64,000 nucleotides of DNA, from positions 1 to 64,000 of the IMG/VR virus record IMGVR_UViG_3300027969_000039; one strand, written 5' to 3'. Position 1 is the first letter of the stretch. Every line of letters starts with the position of its first letter. Below, piece after piece: positions 1 to 9,315 of the stretch. The position numbers and the translations under genes were made by a program. The notes beneath the pieces were generated by a model. It did not search any database, was not told the DNA's origin, and saw only the letters and a program-made list of their open reading frames with translations.

Positions 1-452
1 ATTGCTGAATCATACCATTTAGGATCAGGTCCACGCTTTACTCTAAGTGCTATTCCACCTGCATTTTTGATGGCAGCAACTTCATTACTAAATCTACAGT
101 CTGTAATTACAATATCTTCTTTGGAATTGATTAGCTTGTGTTCTACACTAGCGACCCAGATATCATTATGAAAGTGATTGCGACATAAGTCCGTACCCCA
201 ATATTGTAATATCCATCTTGGTGTAATGTCCATACCTAAACGATTACTCCACCATTCGTCTTTCTGTTCACGCCATGCTCTACTTGCTTTTGTCGTCCCC
301 TCTAGGTATTCTCGGTCCCAACCAAAGACTGCTGCTACTGCATCTTTAAGACTAGCAGCAAAACTAACTCGTTTGAATCCCTGGTAAGTTGTGAGATAAT
401 CGGCAATCGTGTCTTTTCCTGAACCAATTAAACCAGTGATACCTATAATCAT
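1..452 (-). CDS. deoxynucleoside monophosphate kinase (T4 gp1-like), 3' end runs off window
   Basis: Manual translation from ATG at 452: MIIGITGLIGSGKDTIADYL...SFAASLKDAV...TPRWILQYWGTDLCR; P-loop GxxGSGKD; AGGAG RBS 6 nt upstream. Not in ORF track (no stop in window). Confidence 0.9.
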   Translation of the reverse strand, partial: MIIGITGLIGSGKDTIADYLTTYQGFKRVSFAASLKDAVAAVFGWDREYLEGTTKASRAWREQKDEWWSNRLGMDITPRWILQYWGTDLCRNHFHNDIWVASVEHKLINSKEDIVITDCRFSNEVAAIKNAGGIALRVKRGPDPKWYDSA

Positions 453-511
453 GCAATGCTCCTATAAGTACTTATTATATTACAGGGGCATGACAATATA
501 AAGCATTTAGG

Positions 512-1309
512 TTAGCCTTGTACCCATGTCAATGGCTGACTGTAATCTACATATTTCTTCAATTCTTCGATCAATAATTCCATCGCTGCTTTACCTTCTG
601 CTTTCATAGCAGTACCGTTCAGTGTAGTACCGCCACCTGGACCAGCAATAGTGCCAAATTTCTCGCGGGCTTCACCAATCATAAGTTTAAGATTAGCTAA
701 AATAAAGTCTCCAATCCATACACCAGCGCCCGGATCTTGTAATAGTATTTCTTCTGTCTTTTGTACATCAGCCCATATCAATACACGCTCACCGGATCCT
801 TTTGGATCACGAACAATACGCAATACTTTAGACACTGGGTTGAATGTGTATGTTACATAACCACCGAACATCCTTGCTGCTAACTCAACATAACCTGCAT
901 AAAAGTCATATGTTGCCATACCACCTGCATAGTTATAGTTAAGCAAATATGTGTTTAGAATCGCACTAGAGAACGGATCAAAACTGCTGCTTGATGGTCC
1001 TGTTTCTAAACCAATTGTTCTACGGAAAATACTACGCACATTGATAAACTCAGCAGGAAGTGTGTAAGTATCTACATTCTTTTCAATAGTCATCAAAATA
1101 TAAGATTCTTCTGTAGCGGCTTGTGCCCGTTGACGATAGACTTTAATAGCGTAGTTATACGCTGCCTCATAATGTTGAGGATCCAATTCAATATCTATCA
1201 TGCCGTCACCTAGACGAAATCTAAGATTGGTAAATAGTCCCTCTTTTAACTCATCTAAGGTCAACCCTGAAGGGGTAGAAAGAGGACTAGCAGTTGGATA
1301 TGTTGACAT
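512..1309 (-). CDS. gp13: neck protein / head-tail adaptor (T4 gp13-like)
   Basis: N-term LRFRLGDGMIDIELD and C-term GGTTLNG..MKAEG match gp13 family pattern; near gp14/gp15 homologues. Confidence 0.75.
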   Translation of the reverse strand: MSTYPTASPLSTPSGLTLDELKEGLFTNLRFRLGDGMIDIELDPQHYEAAYNYAIKVYRQRAQAATEESYILMTIEKNVDTYTLPAEFINVRSIFRRTIGLETGPSSSSFDPFSSAILNTYLLNYNYAGGMATYDFYAGYVELAARMFGGYVTYTFNPVSKVLRIVRDPKGSGERVLIWADVQKTEEILLQDPGAGVWIGDFILANLKLMIGEAREKFGTIAGPGGGTTLNGTAMKAEGKAAMELLIEELKKYVDYSQPLTWVQG

Positions 1310-1343
1310 AAGTGTTACCTAATAATACTATTTATCAGGAGAC

Positions 1344-1607
1344 TTATGGATTGGGAGATTTGCCCCTCATAAATCTTAAGAAAGGAATATCACTCTCAGG
1401 AATTAATTTTGATTCTGGGAATTCATCCGTCCACAAATGCTTATATCCATTTTCAGTATTACGATTATTATCCCCTTCGCACACCGGGCACTCGTACATT
1501 CCATTAAGAGGCTTCATTAACACATGACATAGCGTACAACTAGGATATCCAAGACTATCCATCAAAGGTCCTTGAGGTCTGTAGGCAACACCATTCGGAA
1601 GTAACAC
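1344..1607 (-). CDS. hypothetical protein with CxxC...CxxC zinc ribbon
   Basis: CTLC / CPVC pairs. Confidence 0.6.
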   Translation of the reverse strand: MLLPNGVAYRPQGPLMDSLGYPSCTLCHVLMKPLNGMYECPVCEGDNNRNTENGYKHLWTDEFPESKLIPESDIPFLRFMRGKSPNP

Positions 1608-1609
1608 TG

Positions 1610-2056
1610 CTATAGATCGCCGTCTTTACGATTTTCGCTGTAAAATGCGTCAAACTTTCCACCGGGATAGCGTGACTCTAACTTGCGTATATTCTCAGCA
1701 ATCACTTCGTTGGGGTCAAGATTCAACGCACGACATGCATTTACCCAGTACCACATAATGTCACCGAGTTCACGTTTCATATGAAATACATTCTCGTCAG
1801 TCAATGCTTTGCCCTGAAAAATAATCTTCTTGGGCACTTCAATAAACTCGCCGCTTTCTGCTGCTAATCCAAAACATGCTGTAATTAATAGTGGAATATT
1901 AACATCAGGGCCATGCTTCATCTGATTGTCTGCCGTGTCTAGTTCATAGTTAGCATCTAACCGATCTATCGTATCATGGAATGTAGTTAAATCATTACTT
2001 GCTTGACTAGTAACCGCTTCTACAAACTCTTGGTATTTGTTTAAATCAATTTTCAT
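1610..2056 (-). CDS. mazG: MazG-like nucleotide pyrophosphohydrolase
   Basis: GLAAESGEFIEVPKK...RELGDIMWY...NIRKLESRYP motifs. Confidence 0.88.
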   Translation of the reverse strand: MKIDLNKYQEFVEAVTSQASNDLTTFHDTIDRLDANYELDTADNQMKHGPDVNIPLLITACFGLAAESGEFIEVPKKIIFQGKALTDENVFHMKRELGDIMWYWVNACRALNLDPNEVIAENIRKLESRYPGGKFDAFYSENRKDGDL

Positions 2057-2229
2057 GGTGTTGTTGCAGTGTCAATTGCAATGACGCCCCCTAAAAAAAG
2101 TTGTAGCCAGCCGTTTGTGTTTTGTCCACTAGAAAGCAAACTTAACCCACTCAAAATATTGATACCGGCAACTGTATATCCAATCGTTTTACGGTTACGA
2201 TCAAACCACATAAAAAATTTATCTGACAT
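2053..2229 (-). CDS. small membrane protein (58 aa)
   Basis: Manual translation MSDKFFMWFDRNRKTIGYTVAGINILSGLSLLSSGQNTNGWLQLFLGGVIAIDTATTP; ATGA overlap with mazG start. Confidence 0.7.
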   Translation of the reverse strand: MSDKFFMWFDRNRKTIGYTVAGINILSGLSLLSSGQNTNGWLQLFLGGVIAIDTATTP

Positions 2230-2231
2230 AA

Positions 2232-3395
2232 TTAAAACGCTTTCAAAATAATCATATTCTCATTAAAGCGACCATTAGGGACTGCCCCTACCGCTTTAAT
2301 ATCTTTGAAATACTTACGTGCCGCGGGCTTGCTTCCCATCACTTCTTTAAGTTGCTCACCGGGCTTACGTAGTGTTTTCATTTCACTTGTATTTGCATCA
2401 AATCCTAGCAATGTGTTACCTTTAACACTAAACACTTTGCTATACTCGTCGGCAATGTAATGATGTAGCTTGCGCTTACCAGTATCATAAACCCACGCTT
2501 CACTTGCACCGTGTAGTTTTGTAGGGTGTACACTAACTAAATCAATTTTTGCAGCCACATCCTTGAACAACTTCAAGTACTTTAATTTAGCAACAATCTT
2601 TTCAACAGGTACTGCTTTGCGCTTACGCGGAGCCTTGCTTGCTTTCTTAATGCTAATATAACTGTTCAAGTCACCTAGCACACCCTCAATAAATTTGAGA
2701 ATGTTACGAATTTGAATTTTACCTAGGAACGCATAACCCTCTTTTAGAGACTCGTCACCGTCACTTAGACGCTGGAATTCATCTTGCTTACGTTTCCAGA
2801 TTTCAACAATGATTGGAATATGTTGTGGCATGACATTGTATTTTGCAACAATATCAACTGTCTTTTCCGATGCTTTGCCCTTAGTAACAAAATCGTCAAT
2901 CATCCCTTCCATTTCACCGGCAGCATCACGCGCCTTTTCTTTCAGAATTTCCTGAATGTTAGGACGATTCGAAACTACTTCTTCCTTAACAATACTAGTT
3001 GCACTAGTTTTCACTTCTGTTTCGGTTAGTGTCTTAATCAGTCTAGTGATTTCGTTTTGTAGGTTAAGTTCTTCATGCTCGGTTAATTCTAACCCTCGCA
3101 TTGTCATGCGTGATACCCAGCATAGTGTAAGAATGTATTCGCTTTCATGTACCTTTCTGAGTAGCTTAGCCTCATCAGTACGTTTATTGTAATCCAGATA
3201 TTGGCACAATAGTTCTTTTGCATCTTTTTTGGTATAGAATCGGCTATACCAAGTAAAACTTCTAGCAAGCGCCGAGAATCTTGATTCGGGGTCGGGTTGA
3301 ATTGGGAAGAAAGGTTCTTCACCCATGTATTTTGTGTCAGCATCACGCGGGTTGAGTGCTTTTACAAAGTGGTCCTCAGACTGTTTTCTAGCCAT
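2232..3395 (-). CDS. conserved T4-like phage hypothetical protein (early)
   Basis: 387 aa; C-term VKGNTLLGFD...KTLRKP...PNGRFNENMIILKAF resembles a conserved T4-like hypothetical; preceded by sigma70 promoter. Confidence 0.6.
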   Translation of the reverse strand: MARKQSEDHFVKALNPRDADTKYMGEEPFFPIQPDPESRFSALARSFTWYSRFYTKKDAKELLCQYLDYNKRTDEAKLLRKVHESEYILTLCWVSRMTMRGLELTEHEELNLQNEITRLIKTLTETEVKTSATSIVKEEVVSNRPNIQEILKEKARDAAGEMEGMIDDFVTKGKASEKTVDIVAKYNVMPQHIPIIVEIWKRKQDEFQRLSDGDESLKEGYAFLGKIQIRNILKFIEGVLGDLNSYISIKKASKAPRKRKAVPVEKIVAKLKYLKLFKDVAAKIDLVSVHPTKLHGASEAWVYDTGKRKLHHYIADEYSKVFSVKGNTLLGFDANTSEMKTLRKPGEQLKEVMGSKPAARKYFKDIKAVGAVPNGRFNENMIILKAF

Positions 3396-3425
3396 ATATT
3401 ACTCCAAAGTTTCAATTGAATACGT

Positions 3426-3454
3426 ATTATAGCACAGGAACCATTTAATGTCAA
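3426..3454 (-). promoter_or_regulatory. sigma70-type early promoter (variant of repeat family)
   Basis: TTGACA-TTAAATGGTTCCTGTGC(17 nt)-TATAAT. Confidence 0.85.
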
Positions 3455-3486
3455 CTGTTTGGTAATACGTCCTCGTCTGTATTTAC

Positions 3487-3494
3487 GATAAATA
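3487..3494 (+). promoter_or_regulatory. T4-type late promoter for gp14-gp15
   Basis: GATAAATA; the same xxTAAATA core precedes most structural genes in the window. Confidence 0.7.
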
Positions 3495-3514
3495 AGTAAT
3501 AAAGTGAATTAAAT

Positions 3515-5224
3515 ATGCCTAGACTATCGCTTTGGCGTCCCAATAAAACGAACGATTACAACTTTTTTGATAGAACAATATCAGAACAGTTTACCGCAGG
3601 TGCCACGGATTTATATGTACATAAGTATCTAGGTCCTACTAATCAAGGAACCTCAACTGATTATACACAACCACAGTATGATGTATTAGATCCAACTAAC
3701 ATACAAGACTTGTTATTTTTAGAAAACCGTGATAGAACATATGATCCAAATATCTATCGTTTACGCGGTCACTATAATGTGCAGAATTTAGATTTCAATT
3801 TAAGTCAATTTGGATTATTTTTAAACAATGATATCATATTCATTACTGTACATTATAATGATATGATTCAGTTGGTTGGTAGAAAACTAATGGTAGGTGA
3901 TGTAATTGAATTACCTCATTTACTTGATTATAATCCATTGAAAGAAACTATCCCAGTTGCATTGAAAAGATTTATGCAGATTACCGATGCTGAATTTGCA
4001 AGTGAAGGATTTAGCCCAACATGGTTCCCGCATCTATGGCGTATCAAATGTGAACCGCTAGTTGATAGTGAAGAATTTAGTCAGATACTAAGTGCGCCAA
4101 TTGACCAAGATACTTATCTGGGTATATGGGATAAAGAAAAACCATATCCTGCAGGTTATGTTATTACGTATGGTGATAAAAATTATAAAGCATTAATTGA
4201 TGTACCGGCTGGCACCAATCCTCCTAACGCAACATATTGGCAATTAGATACAGCAGATAATCTTAAAGATATTCTTGCTACATATAATAAGAACATTGCA
4301 ATCAATGATGCTGCATTACAAGAAGCAGAACGTCTTGTACCTAAAGCAGGATATAATAGAAAGAATTTATATATTGTACCTACATACGGTGAGTATTCAA
4401 GCAATGGTGTATTATCCATGGCAAACAATAACCCTGCTCCACCGGTTGCAGTTAATACAAACGGCGGAGATCCTAACACCACAGTAACTGGTACAGTTAT
4501 GATGATGAGTAGCCCTAAATATAAAAATTCTAGCCCTGTTATTAAAATACCAAAAGCAGCAATAAAAAGTATTTGGGATAGTACAGCGGACATGGGTTAC
4601 GAAAAATTAGATATTTTTAGTACAACACATTTAGAAACTATAACATTAGCACCTAGAAGAACTGATACTAATTCAGGACCAGTAAGTGGAGATACAATTT
4701 TAACAGTATATTCAATGGGACAAATTACCGGACCGTACGGTACTGCTGATAATACATATGCTACTGCTGATGCTAATCCAGAAGCGCCCGGATTCACTGG
4801 AACAATTAGTCAACAAATGGACTGGAGAGCAGATTGTGATCCGGCATTTCAGTTTATAGCACGTAGTAGCCCGCGTAGTTTTGGTTATAGTACAGGTTAT
4901 TTAGATGGTACCGGTGAAGCACCAAATGGATTCCCAACCGGTGCTGGAATAAGTTTCCCACAAAATCCGCAAGTAGGAGATTACTTCTTACGTATTGATT
5001 ACTTCCCGCAATTATTATATCGTTGGGACGGTAGAATATGGGTTAGAATATCTCAGAACGTTAGAACACAAACTGGCATGACTTCGGCAGACAAGTCGTT
5101 AAAATCTACGTTTGTCAACAATACTGGAGTTACAGAACTTACAGATGGTACATATATACCAGAACGTCAAGCATTATCAACTATTTTAGGATTGGCACCC
5201 GATCCACTTCCCCCACAAGTATAA
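3515..5224 (+). CDS. gp14: neck protein / head closure (T4 gp14-like), extended, with CBM-like insert
   Basis: Position between gp13 and gp15; QDLLFLENRDR..D motif, FGLFL..D..FITVH and GD(V)IELP; insert WDKEKPYPAGYVITYGDKNYKAL...PPNATYWQ. Confidence 0.7.
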   Translation: MPRLSLWRPNKTNDYNFFDRTISEQFTAGATDLYVHKYLGPTNQGTSTDYTQPQYDVLDPTNIQDLLFLENRDRTYDPNIYRLRGHYNVQNLDFNLSQFGLFLNNDIIFITVHYNDMIQLVGRKLMVGDVIELPHLLDYNPLKETIPVALKRFMQITDAEFASEGFSPTWFPHLWRIKCEPLVDSEEFSQILSAPIDQDTYLGIWDKEKPYPAGYVITYGDKNYKALIDVPAGTNPPNATYWQLDTADNLKDILATYNKNIAINDAALQEAERLVPKAGYNRKNLYIVPTYGEYSSNGVLSMANNNPAPPVAVNTNGGDPNTTVTGTVMMMSSPKYKNSSPVIKIPKAAIKSIWDSTADMGYEKLDIFSTTHLETITLAPRRTDTNSGPVSGDTILTVYSMGQITGPYGTADNTYATADANPEAPGFTGTISQQMDWRADCDPAFQFIARSSPRSFGYSTGYLDGTGEAPNGFPTGAGISFPQNPQVGDYFLRIDYFPQLLYRWDGRIWVRISQNVRTQTGMTSADKSLKSTFVNNTGVTELTDGTYIPERQALSTILGLAPDPLPPQV

Positions 5225-5233
5225 AGAGTAAAC

Positions 5234-6610
5234 ATGGCACAATATTTTTATGACAGTCAGATACGCAGATTTTTAATACAGTTTGCAAAAATATTCAGTA
5301 ACTGGGAAGTTACCAAAGGTAAAGACCCTGCAGGCAATAATATTATTGTACGGGTACCTATTATGTACGGTGATAGTAGTAGACAAGCGGCTACAATTCT
5401 TGCTAACAATAGTGCTAGCAATTTACCCAGTGCCCCATTGATAACATACTATATTAGTGCTTTAGAATATAATCAAAAGTGGACACAAGACCCTACTTTT
5501 GTAGATAAAATAAATGTACGTCAACGTGCATATAATCCAGATACACAACAATATGAAACTGTGCAAGGACAAGCATTTACTATCGAAAGATTAATGCCAG
5601 TACCATACACATTGAGAATTACTGTTGATTTTTGGACTACTAACTATCAACAAAAACTAGAACTTATTGAACAATTAGGTACACTATTCAATCCAGCACT
5701 AGAGATACAAAGTACAGATAATTTTATTGATTGGACTAGTCTTAGCGCAGTATTCCAAGATGGATTAACTTTTAGTAATCGTAGTATTCCGGTAGGGACA
5801 GGTAATCCAATTGACATTATGAGTTGGAAATTCTATATGCCAATATGGATCACTAATGCAAGTAAAATTAAGAAGATGGGCGTTATTGAAAAAATCATTG
5901 CATCAATCTTTAAAGGCAATGCATTACAAGACATGCAAAATGATGATATGTTATTAGGTACTAGACAAAAGATTACTCCATATGGTTATAAGGTATTGTT
6001 GATAGGTAATACGTTACAGATACTACCACAAGCAATAGCATTTTATCCAAGCAATGCTAATTTAGATTTGCCACCTAATCCGGATACAGATATATATTGG
6101 ACCAGTGTACTTAATGTATATGGTACCATGAAACCGGGCATTAGTCAAATTTGGTTACAAAATCCATTTATGGATCACGAAATTGTAGGTACTATTGTAC
6201 TCAATCCCAATGATGATAGATTGTTAATCTATAACATTGACCCAGATACATTACCTCAGAATACATTAGACCCAGTTGATGGTGTAATTAACCCATTAAT
6301 CACTGGTCCAAATGCAGGACTACCTGGACCAGTAAATGGTCGTAGATATTTAATTGTTGAAAATATTGGTTCAGCCGGTGACAGCACAGTTGCATGGGGT
6401 GATGTAGTTGCACATGCTAATGATATTATTGAATATAATTCAAGTACTGGGCAATGGTTTGTTAGTTTTGATAGTACAGAAGCAACACCCACAACATTAG
6501 AATATGTAACTAATCTTACTACAAATGTTCAATATCGTTTTGTAGATGATACCTGGATGAAATCATTTGAAGGATGGTATGATCAAGGGGATTATTCTAT
6601 CGTCATCTAA
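5234..6610 (+). CDS. gp15: tail sheath stabilizer / tail terminator (T4 gp15-like), C-terminally extended
   Basis: YFYDSQIRRFLIQFAKIF...VRVPIMYG...PVPYTL...QKLELIEQL..LFNP. Confidence 0.8.
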   Translation: MAQYFYDSQIRRFLIQFAKIFSNWEVTKGKDPAGNNIIVRVPIMYGDSSRQAATILANNSASNLPSAPLITYYISALEYNQKWTQDPTFVDKINVRQRAYNPDTQQYETVQGQAFTIERLMPVPYTLRITVDFWTTNYQQKLELIEQLGTLFNPALEIQSTDNFIDWTSLSAVFQDGLTFSNRSIPVGTGNPIDIMSWKFYMPIWITNASKIKKMGVIEKIIASIFKGNALQDMQNDDMLLGTRQKITPYGYKVLLIGNTLQILPQAIAFYPSNANLDLPPNPDTDIYWTSVLNVYGTMKPGISQIWLQNPFMDHEIVGTIVLNPNDDRLLIYNIDPDTLPQNTLDPVDGVINPLITGPNAGLPGPVNGRRYLIVENIGSAGDSTVAWGDVVAHANDIIEYNSSTGQWFVSFDSTEATPTTLEYVTNLTTNVQYRFVDDTWMKSFEGWYDQGDYSIVI

Positions 6611-6629
6611 TACTGTGATAAATCATAGT

Positions 6630-7046
6630 ATGAGCAATACATCGGCAGGAGTTTTCTTTTATAGTAATAAAACAAACCGATACCTATATCTATTACGCAC
6701 AGACAATAAGAACCCAGGAAACTGGGGAATCCCCGGAGGAAAGATAGAAGATAATGAAACTCTTTTTGAAGGTATTGCTAGAGAATGTGCAGAAGAAATT
6801 GGTTTCTTTCCTTCTAATGCAAAACTAGTACCTATTCAGAAATTCATCAATCATACATTTACTTACCATACTTTCTTTTGTGAAGTAGTTGATGAGTTTG
6901 TTCCCATACTGAATGAAGAACATTGTGGTTATGCATGGGTAGGAGATAATCAATATCCTAAACCATTACATCCCGGGTTGTTTAGTACAGTTAATTTTGA
7001 TGTTGTTCAGGACAAGTTAAAGACACTTACAAAAAAAGAGACCTAA
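6630..7046 (+). CDS. Nudix hydrolase
   Basis: Nudix box GGKIEDNETLFEGIARECAEEIG; start refined to ATG 6630. Confidence 0.88.
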   Translation: MSNTSAGVFFYSNKTNRYLYLLRTDNKNPGNWGIPGGKIEDNETLFEGIARECAEEIGFFPSNAKLVPIQKFINHTFTYHTFFCEVVDEFVPILNEEHCGYAWVGDNQYPKPLHPGLFSTVNFDVVQDKLKTLTKKET

Positions 7047-7058
7047 GTCTCTTTTTTT
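7031..7058. terminator. bidirectional intrinsic terminator
   Basis: A-tract-GAGAC-CTAA-GTCTC-T7 between convergent genes. Confidence 0.85.
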
Positions 7059-7371
7059 ATTTTAGCAATGTTGACACTGTATTGAATCCCATTGAGCCGA
7101 TTATTACACCTGCTCCCATCATCATCCAGCGCCATTTCTCTAATACTGAAATCTTACTAGCTAATTCACCGTGTTCCTTAACATCTTGTTCACGCATAGT
7201 CTTTAACATTTGTCTAGTTTCTTCTGCGTTCTCGTCTAGGGCATCACGAATTGACTTCAAATCCATTTTAAGATCACCAATTTTATCCTCGATGTTCTTA
7301 ACTTGGATCTGAAGTACCGCAATTTCAGTTTCTGGTTGCATTTTAGGTGCCTTACTTGATGCGGTTGCCAT
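7057..7371 (-). CDS. coiled-coil protein with C-terminal TM helix (XhlA/holin-like)
   Basis: heptad coiled coil then LEKWRWMMMGAGVIIGSMG. Confidence 0.5.
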   Translation of the reverse strand: MATASSKAPKMQPETEIAVLQIQVKNIEDKIGDLKMDLKSIRDALDENAEETRQMLKTMREQDVKEHGELASKISVLEKWRWMMMGAGVIIGSMGFNTVSTLLK

Positions 7372-7373
7372 GA

Positions 7374-8648
7374 TTAAGCACTTGCAATAGTAACTAATTC
7401 ATACGGTTGACCGTTATCTGCATTAGCAACTGCTGCTGTATTGAATGTTGCAAATACTGGAGCAGCATTTTGGAACACGATATTACCAGTAGCAATTGGA
7501 CCTGAAGTAGCAGTAAACAACTCACCGGTGTGGTCAGAAAGACTTTGAACTGTTTGAGTAGCACTATTAGCATATGTAGCAAGGATACGCATTGTGTTTG
7601 GTGTCAACGCTGTATTTGCAAGATTTGCAGTAAAGCATTGTGCTGTCAACCCACTTGTTGAACCTGTTACTAGATACTTTTGTTTTCCTTTTTGACGAAC
7701 AATGTAACCTGCTTCATCATTTGCATACACGAATGCTGCATTACTTGCGATAACATTTGCATTAGCTGTTAGCACAACACGATTCATAATAGCATTTCCG
7801 GTAACACTTGCATTAGCTGTAAGCTGAACTGGTGATCCACCTTGATCAACAGAAACTGTAAATGCAGCAGCATTAGCAATAGTTTTAACAAAATATGTTG
7901 TACCAGCAGTTAATCCACCAAAAGTTGCATCAAATGTAATTGGCATATTTAATGCAAGAGTTTGTGCATTACCTGAAGTTCCAATAACATTTCCTGACAC
8001 TACTGTATTAGCAACAGCAACTGTAACATTACCTTTTGTTGCACTTGCAAAACCTAAATCAACATAATTAGTACTACCATTGATATTAGCTACAGCAACT
8101 TGTAGTGCTGCACCAGTAGTTATATTAGCTAGATCAGTACCTACACCTGCTATTACTGTACTAGTATTAACAGCGACTGGAGTATATAATGTACCTGTTC
8201 CATTGACACCAATAGCAACTTGTGCCAATACTTGTTTACCAATGATTGCTGTATTACCACCAACTACACTATATGTGTTACTATTTGTAGTAGGGAAACC
8301 TACTCCACCAAGTGGGTTATTGAAATATGCATCAACAACATTAAATGAAACACTAACTGAACCACCGGTGGTGTCTGTCAATGTTTGCATTACTTGTGGT
8401 TGTACACTTAATTGAGTTTGTGATACATCAAATGTATCATTTGACAATATTGAATTTACATAATAAATTGTGTTAGCTGTTAATCCACCAACGGTAGTAG
8501 CAACTATAAATGACATACCTTTAGCTACACCTACAGTAGGGCTTGTAGTTAAATTTCCACCTGATACTGTGACGATACTGCCTGTTTCTGCTGTATCAGT
8601 GATTGTTAAGACTGCTTGAGCCTTTGCGATTTTTAGAGGGCGTCCCAT
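7374..8648 (-). CDS. virion structural protein
   Basis: 424 aa T/A/G/N/V-rich beta protein with an internally duplicated motif (GMSFIVATTVGGLTANTIYYV / NMPITFDATFGGLTAGTTYFV); late promoter. Confidence 0.65.
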   Translation of the reverse strand: MGRPLKIAKAQAVLTITDTAETGSIVTVSGGNLTTSPTVGVAKGMSFIVATTVGGLTANTIYYVNSILSNDTFDVSQTQLSVQPQVMQTLTDTTGGSVSVSFNVVDAYFNNPLGGVGFPTTNSNTYSVVGGNTAIIGKQVLAQVAIGVNGTGTLYTPVAVNTSTVIAGVGTDLANITTGAALQVAVANINGSTNYVDLGFASATKGNVTVAVANTVVSGNVIGTSGNAQTLALNMPITFDATFGGLTAGTTYFVKTIANAAAFTVSVDQGGSPVQLTANASVTGNAIMNRVVLTANANVIASNAAFVYANDEAGYIVRQKGKQKYLVTGSTSGLTAQCFTANLANTALTPNTMRILATYANSATQTVQSLSDHTGELFTATSGPIATGNIVFQNAAPVFATFNTAAVANADNGQPYELVTIASA

Positions 8649-8668
8649 TTGTTTCTCCTTGAAATATT

Positions 8669-8736
8669 AGTGAGTTCTAGTCACTACGCGGCGGGGACCG
8701 CATAAACTCGCCGAATGCGAATGTATAATATATTTA
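8669..8736 (-). promoter_or_regulatory. late promoter plus three-hairpin structured 5' leader
   Basis: TAAATA (8731-8736) then UCGC/GCGA, UAUGCGG/CCGCGUA and AGUGA/UCACU stems, then AAGGAG RBS. Confidence 0.55.
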
Positions 8737-8760
8737 TCTCAAGGAGTAAAAATTAACCTA

Positions 8761-9288
8761 TTAGGTCATGTAACCATTTACTACATTAGGATGTGGCATA
8801 CCTAATTCAGTAATACTGAATTCAGTTCCTGCACCGCCACCAGTAGTAATAAATGCTACTACATTGCCTTGACCACAATAAACAGTATTATACTGACCTT
8901 GTGCTGGAAAAATTTGTGACTGCTGTGTAGCAATTGCGTAAGGAACACCTGCATTATTGAAAGTGTATGCAACATTTGATAGTGCTACTCCTGCATTAGC
9001 AGTAAGCGTTAAACTAGTGGCGTTTGCAATACTTGATACGATTCCCACTGTTGTTCCGGTAGTATTTCCTATCCAAGCACCAACTTCAAGCTGAGTGTTA
9101 AATGCTGTTCCCGATCCAGTGACTGTTGCACTATTAGTTGCTGCTGTCGCTGCTCCTGTGCCTGCTACTCTAGGATATCCAGTTACAGCATGAATACCAG
9201 TACCAGTAGTAGATATTCTAATCTTATCTGTTGCTATATTTGCTGATTGTTGCGATACTAAATTACCTGTATATACATATGATGTCAT
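8761..9288 (-). CDS. putative virion structural protein
   Basis: T/A/G-rich 175 aa within late structural cluster. Confidence 0.55.
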   Translation of the reverse strand: MTSYVYTGNLVSQQSANIATDKIRISTTGTGIHAVTGYPRVAGTGAATAATNSATVTGSGTAFNTQLEVGAWIGNTTGTTVGIVSSIANATSLTLTANAGVALSNVAYTFNNAGVPYAIATQQSQIFPAQGQYNTVYCGQGNVVAFITTGGGAGTEFSITELGMPHPNVVNGYMT

Positions 9289-9315
9289 TTTATTATTCCT
9301 ATATCTTATTTATTA

